A stretch of 49,343 bases of DNA from a virus (lineage: Duplodnaviria > Caudoviricetes), in IMG/VR virus record IMGVR_UViG_3300033143_003771, positions 1 to 49,343 of that record; one strand, written 5' to 3'. The translations under genes were made by a program, and so were the position numbers. The notes beneath the pieces are model-generated. The model made no database searches. It had not been told where the DNA came from and saw nothing but the letters and a program-made list of their open reading frames with translations. Positions 45,250-49,343 of the stretch are shown piece by piece (positions within the stretch are counted from its first letter, which is position 1; each line of letters begins with the position of its first letter).

Positions 45250-45413
45250 CGATCATCGTCCATGTCGCAGATGCACATCGCCTCCTGAAAAGCATTTTCG
45301 TCCTCATCTTGTAAATGCAGAAGAATTGATTGAATCATGCTTGAGGCTACGGGAGATGAACTGGTAGTGAGTTTTTCGATGGCGGTAAGCCGTTCGTCGC
45401 GTTCCTTCTCCAT
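45240..45413 (-). CDS. Small acidic hypothetical protein
   Basis: GGAG RBS before ATG 45413; first gene after the leftward promoter. Confidence 0.45.
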   Translation of the reverse strand: MEKERDERLTAIEKLTTSSSPVASSMIQSILLHLQDEDENAFQEAMCICDMDDDRWT

Positions 45414-45538
45414 GATGATCTCCGAAGAGCCGGCCACTCCCCTAGGATACCCAGAAGGGAGGCTGCTCAGACCGCCAAGGGGAGTGACCAGCACATGAAA
45501 ATCGACGACAAACAGGGCATCCAATCTGAGCGAGACAT

Positions 45539-45567
45539 ACCATACCGAGGCGGATCGGCGATGTCAA
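45539..45567 (-). promoter_or_regulatory. Leftward sigma70 promoter
   Basis: TTGACA-N17-TATGGT at the strand switch point. Confidence 0.7.
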
Positions 45568-45576
45568 CTTTTTTTC

Positions 45577-45608
45577 TTGACATGCGATTACGAATCGGCA
45601 AGTATGCT
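45577..45608 (+). promoter_or_regulatory. Rightward promoter candidate with long spacer
   Basis: TTGACA-N20-TATGCT, back-to-back with the leftward -35. Confidence 0.4.
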
Positions 45609-45712
45609 TACCGTACAAGGGGAACATCAACACAGATTGGCCCGGGAGCTCGCCTAAACACACCCCCCCCCTTGTGCCAGGGCGGCTCTCGGGCCTTTTT
45701 AGGAGAGAAGCG

Positions 45713-45922
45713 ATGGCCGAAGTAGTGATGCCCGTCAAAAAGGAAGTGGCGATTCAGGTGCTCGAGGATAACATGATCGTCGTGACCGCCGATGATGACG
45801 AGGGCAAGGGAACGTTCTGCGCCTCGTCCAAGCAGTTCCACGAGGTGCTGCGGAAGAAGCTAGCGCACCCCTTCGCGGCCGAGCGGAAGCCGCGGGCAAC
45901 GAGGAAGAAAACGGCCGAGTAG
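45713..45922 (+). CDS. Small hypothetical protein
   Basis: RBS AGGAG; first rightward gene. Confidence 0.65.
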   Translation: MAEVVMPVKKEVAIQVLEDNMIVVTADDDEGKGTFCASSKQFHEVLRKKLAHPFAAERKPRATRKKTAE

Positions 45923-45925
45923 CAA

Positions 45926-47653
45926 ATGCTCCGCCCCTACCAGCAACGCGCCGTCGCCGATGTCTGCCAAGCTTGGCAGCAAGGGGCGCGGCGCGTCTGC
46001 ATGGTCCTCCCCACTGGCGCAGGAAAGACGATCACAGCGAAGGCGATCAGCGATGTCTACGGCGGGCGGATTCTCTGGCTGACGCACCGGCGCGAGATCA
46101 AAGATCAGGCGCCTGGAGACGCTGTGACGATCCAATCGCTGCTTTCGGGGGCGAGGCCGCCGTGCGATCTACTGGTAGCCGACGAGTGTTTTCCGTGCAC
46201 CACGTTAATCGGTGAGACGAATATCAACTCAATCGTCGTGGGGGATCGCGTTCCGGCGTGGGACGAACACAGTCGCCGCGTGGTGTATGGAAAAGTGTCG
46301 CGCGTTTTTGTTCGACGACCGAAGGCAATGGTAAGAATCTTCCTCGCTGATGGTCGCCAGGAACATTGCACGGTGAGCCATCCATTCTGGGCTCGGGGGG
46401 GGCATGGATGGGAAGGTTGGGCATCGGCAATTAACTTGGCGGGGAGCGAGGTGGCGTGCTACACCACTGCGCATGTACTCCAGGCACGGCCAGGACAAGA
46501 AGAAGGAAGAACTCCTGGCTGGGTTAGGGTGGACAGTGTTGAGATTCTCGAACCGGGAAGTGACGGAACGTTTGGAGGAGTGTGTCCGGACGGTCTTGTC
46601 TACAATATCGAAGTTGAAAAATTCCACACATATTTAGCCGATGGGCTTGTTGTTCACAACTGCCATCACCTGGCTCCCGGGGCGGAGAAATGGCACTCCA
46701 TCGCTCAACACTACCCGCGGATCCTCGGCCTGACTGCCACCCCGCAGCGCAGCGACGGATCGGCGCTCGGCGACCTCTTCGACCATCTGATTGTGGGGGC
46801 GCACTATAGCGAGCTCCTCCGCGGTGGCTGGCTGGTCCCGGCCAAGACGTTCCGGCCGAAGGAAGACCTGCAGGGCGGTGTCGCCGAGTCGCCGGCAAAA
46901 GCTTGGATGCGCCTCGCTGGTGGAGCACGCGGCTTCGCATTCTTCTCCAGGGTCGAGTACGCGCAGAAGTTCACGGACGAGGTGAACCGCGATCGCGAGA
47001 TCAGCCGGTCGGTCTGGGGAGAACAGGATCCCGCATCCCGAGCCGAGGCGCTGCGCCTCTTCCGCGAGGGGAAACTGCAGTGCCTGTCGAACGTCCAGAT
47101 CTTGACGGAGGGCGTGGACATCCCCGAGGCGAAGGTCTGCCTCCTCGCCACCGGCTGCGATCATGCTGGAGGGTACCTGCAAAGAGTGGGGCGCGTGCTG
47201 CGCCCAGCCCCGGGGAAGACCTCGGCTCTGCTGATCGATCTCACGGGGGCTAGCCACAGGTTCGGTCTGCCGCACGAGGATCGCGAATACTCCTTGGACG
47301 GCCGAGCGATCAAGTGCAAGGTCGAGGCGCTGCGGGTCTGCCAGCAGTGCGGGCATACCTACCCGAGAGCCGTCGGCGCATGCCCTGAGTGCGGGTTCCT
47401 GCTCCCGCCGAAGCCGTCGCGGCTCAACGTCGTCGGCTGCAGCCTCGAGGAGGTGATCGAGTCTGGCGATCCGAAGCAGAAGAGGATCGCCAAGGCCGTC
47501 AAGGCAAAGTGGGGGGACGCCAGCCGGGGAGCACTCCGCGCCGAGTATCAGAAGTGGGTCGCAATCGCCAACGCGAAGGGATACAAGCCTGGTTGGGCGA
47601 AGGTCCGTTTCAAGATGGTCACAGGGCGCTGGCCGGATGCGGGGCTAGCATGA
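45926..47653 (+). CDS. SF2 DEAD/DEAH-box helicase with C-terminal Zn ribbon, intein-containing
   Basis: LRPYQ, LPTGAGKT, DE[intein]CHH, GLTATP, LTEGVD.P, Q..GR.LRP, CxxC..CxxC. Confidence 0.92.
   Translation: MLRPYQQRAVADVCQAWQQGARRVCMVLPTGAGKTITAKAISDVYGGRILWLTHRREIKDQAPGDAVTIQSLLSGARPPCDLLVADECFPCTTLIGETNINSIVVGDRVPAWDEHSRRVVYGKVSRVFVRRPKAMVRIFLADGRQEHCTVSHPFWARGGHGWEGWASAINLAGSEVACYTTAHVLQARPGQEEGRTPGWVRVDSVEILEPGSDGTFGGVCPDGLVYNIEVEKFHTYLADGLVVHNCHHLAPGAEKWHSIAQHYPRILGLTATPQRSDGSALGDLFDHLIVGAHYSELLRGGWLVPAKTFRPKEDLQGGVAESPAKAWMRLAGGARGFAFFSRVEYAQKFTDEVNRDREISRSVWGEQDPASRAEALRLFREGKLQCLSNVQILTEGVDIPEAKVCLLATGCDHAGGYLQRVGRVLRPAPGKTSALLIDLTGASHRFGLPHEDREYSLDGRAIKCKVEALRVCQQCGHTYPRAVGACPECGFLLPPKPSRLNVVGCSLEEVIESGDPKQKRIAKAVKAKWGDASRGALRAEYQKWVAIANAKGYKPGWAKVRFKMVTGRWPDAGLA
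46187..46660 (+). mobile_element. Mini-intein (158 aa) in helicase motif II
   Basis: Starts CFP, block B CT..HPF, ends VYNIEVE..HTY.A.G..VHN before extein Cys; splicing restores DECHH. Confidence 0.92.
46473..46637 (+). pseudogene. Vsr/DUF559-like endonuclease C-terminal remnant in alternative frame within intein
   Basis: QDKKKEELLAGLGWTVLRFSNREV...LE.CV..V matches the D..K...L...GW.VLRF.N.EV pattern; catalytic N-terminal part absent. Confidence 0.7.
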
Positions 47654-47699
47654 GGGATACGAGCCCGGCGACCACGGTCGCCAGATGAGGAGATGAAAG

Positions 47700-48047
47700 A
47701 TGACCGACGAAGAGAGATGTAGCATCGCAACAATGGCCGACGGAGCAGCAATCCAGATGGTCGACGAGGCGCTTGAACACGCCTATGCGAACATCCGCGA
47801 TCCAAACACGGACGCCAAGCAGAAACGGGTGATCGACCTCAAGATCACCCTCACGCCCGACGCCGAACGGGAGATCGTGGTGGTGGACCTGGAGTGTTCC
47901 AAGAAGTTTGCCAACGACCGGCCCGTTGGCGCCAAGCTGATGCTCGGCATGGAACAGGGAGTGTTGGTGGCCGAGGAGCTCCGCAGCCGCCAGACGGAGA
48001 TCGAGGAGTACGCACAAGTGCGGTCAATCAAGGAGGTGGAGAAGTGA
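47700..48047 (+). CDS. Conserved phage protein
   Basis: GA......AL.....NI.DPNT.AK.KR.I.L.I.L.P motif; RBS GAGGAG. Confidence 0.75.
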   Translation: MTDEERCSIATMADGAAIQMVDEALEHAYANIRDPNTDAKQKRVIDLKITLTPDAEREIVVVDLECSKKFANDRPVGAKLMLGMEQGVLVAEELRSRQTEIEEYAQVRSIKEVEK

Positions 48048-48718
48048 TCAAGGAAGCGCTAGAATATCTGGTTGGCCTCGCGCCGACGGAGACTTTCGAA
48101 TACGAGGGGCTCCAGTACACTAGCAATCAACTCTGCGCCGTCTTGCCGCCACTCCCCGATGTCGTGAAGCTCAATACGCTGGAGAGCATTGCCCTGTTTG
48201 TTAACGGCGAACACATCTCCGGCGAGTTCCTCATCAGCCCGCAATCTGTCGGGTTCTTCGGCCCCGAGGACAAGTGGTGCCGCAAGCCTCACCTAGCCCG
48301 ATCCGTTGCCATCGTTCCTAACTTCCAGCCCGGCGGCTACCAGCCGCACGAACAATTCATCCTCTGGGTGCTGACGCACTTCGAGGACGACGCCGAGCGG
48401 CAGCGCCTGCTCGCCTTCGCCGGCAACGTCCGAAACGAGTCGATCCAGACCAGCGAAGACGATGGGGTGACCCAGATCGCCGCCGTGAAGCGCGGGGCGA
48501 AGCTGAAGGAGGAGGGGTGGAAGAACCCGGTCATGCTGGCGCCGTTCCGTACGTTTGATGAGGTGGCCCAGCCTAAGAGCCGCTTTATCTTCCGCATTCG
48601 AGATGATCTCCAGATGGGTCTCTGGACCGTCGAAGACAACGCCTGGAAGCTGGAGGCGATGAGAGCGATCAAGAGCCAGCTAATGCAGCTCGGCGTGACG
48701 CAGCAAATTTACATCTGA
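48044..48718 (+). CDS. Conserved phage protein (usual partner of upstream gene)
   Basis: GTG start overlaps TGA; KEALEY, DDGVTQ, NPV.LAPFRTF.EV.QP.S.FIFR, W..EA. Confidence 0.75.
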   Translation: MIKEALEYLVGLAPTETFEYEGLQYTSNQLCAVLPPLPDVVKLNTLESIALFVNGEHISGEFLISPQSVGFFGPEDKWCRKPHLARSVAIVPNFQPGGYQPHEQFILWVLTHFEDDAERQRLLAFAGNVRNESIQTSEDDGVTQIAAVKRGAKLKEEGWKNPVMLAPFRTFDEVAQPKSRFIFRIRDDLQMGLWTVEDNAWKLEAMRAIKSQLMQLGVTQQIYI

Positions 48719-49047
48719 TGACCCACGCCCAACTGATCCACAACATCCGCCTGGCCGTCGGCCAGATCCCCGGGGTGGTGCTCTGGCCAAACGTCAATGC
48801 CGTCCTGAGAGGCGAGGGCGGCCGGCTGATGCGAACCGGGCTCACCCCGGGCGCGGCGGACCTGATCGGAATCTGCCCAGATGGCCTCTTCCTCGCGATC
48901 GAGGTAAAGGTGGACAAAGATACGGTGAAGCCCCACCAGGCGCGATTTCTCGCACTGGTAGTCACCCTGGGGGGGCGAGCGGGAGAGGCCCGTTCGGTAG
49001 GAGATGCTCTGGCAATCGTGCGGGGGGAAAAGCAGTGGTCGGGATAA
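48718..49047 (+). CDS. VRR-NUC domain PD-(D/E)XK nuclease
   Basis: G.ADLIG...G.FLAIEVK, Q..FL, GG.A..ARSV.DA. Confidence 0.9.
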   Translation: MTHAQLIHNIRLAVGQIPGVVLWPNVNAVLRGEGGRLMRTGLTPGAADLIGICPDGLFLAIEVKVDKDTVKPHQARFLALVVTLGGRAGEARSVGDALAIVRGEKQWSG

Positions 49048-49055
49048 TATATATA

Positions 49056-49084
49056 TTGACTCCCGCTTCGCCTCATCGTATAGT
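49056..49084 (+). promoter_or_regulatory. Strong sigma70 promoter with AT-rich upstream element
   Basis: ATAATATATATA then TTGACT-N17-TATAGT. Confidence 0.8.
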
Positions 49085-49125
49085 GACATTTCACTGAGGA
49101 AACTGGCACAATCTTAACAACGGAT

Positions 49126-49187
49126 TGTCCCGGCGGCCCGCAGGTCGCCAGCCTGCCCTCGCCCGTAAGGGTTGGGCCGCCGGGGCA
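49126..49187 (+). ncRNA. Candidate three-way-junction leader RNA
   Basis: 14-bp closing stem, GCAGG/CCTGC hairpin and GCCC-GTAA-GGGT GNRA hairpin. Confidence 0.45.
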
Positions 49188-49204
49188 TTTCTACCGGAGG
49201 AAAC

Positions 49205-49343
49205 ATGACGAACTACGACGAGATCCAAGCCATCAATTGGTCTTCCCTCAAGCTCCTCGATACAGACTCCGGAGGTTCACCGGCTCTCTACCAGTACCGT
49301 CGGGAGCACCCAGCGGCGGACACGTCTGCATACTTGCAGGGAC
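49205..49343 (+). CDS. RecE/DUF3799-like exonuclease, 5' part (runs off window)
   Basis: RBS GGAGG; MTNYDEIQAINWSSLKLL....SPALYQY....DTSAYLQG resembles DUF3799 N-termini. Confidence 0.7.
   Translation, partial: MTNYDEIQAINWSSLKLLDTDSGGSPALYQYRREHPAADTSAYLQG

Noticed and set aside
46187-46660. Active homing intein
   Set aside because: Too short for an in-frame LAGLIDADG/HNH domain, and the alternative-frame nuclease lacks its catalytic N-terminal region
1-49343. Assignment of host taxon or temperate lifestyle
   Set aside because: No integrase, att site or host flank is visible; lipoprotein and spanin-like genes hint at a diderm host but no further

Overview
The window is a large part of a GC-rich tailed dsDNA phage (or prophage) with a contractile tail. 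No host genes, integrase, rRNA, tRNA or CRISPR array were recognised. The minus strand (about 611-45413) carries, in transcription order: a DNA methyltransferase, a primase/helicase, an SSB-like protein, the terminases, portal and minor head protein; a ~7 kb accessory island of glycosyltransferases, methyltransferases and an Acb2/Tad1-like gene; then protease, scaffold, capsid, neck, sheath, tube, chaperone (with a lambda-type -1 frameshift), tape measure, baseplate, a giant LamG protein and a multi-gene lysis module. The plus strand ends carry early/replication genes: an intein-containing SF2 helicase, a VRR-NUC nuclease, the start of a RecE-like exonuclease and a Gly-Ser repeat protein. The most notable items are: (1) a glycan synthesis and O-methylation island inside the head gene module, a candidate virion glycosylation system; (2) a protease whose N-terminus mimics the capsid N-terminus; (3) a baseplate plug-like domain duplicated inside a propeller/PKD fusion protein; (4) signal-peptide-bearing Cys-rich late proteins and a holin-lipoprotein fusion; (5) an intein with an out-of-frame Vsr/DUF559 endonuclease remnant; (6) two structured leader RNAs. 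All family calls come from motif recognition by eye, not database searches. Several starts were moved from the ORF track to downstream codons supported by an RBS or a stop/start overlap.
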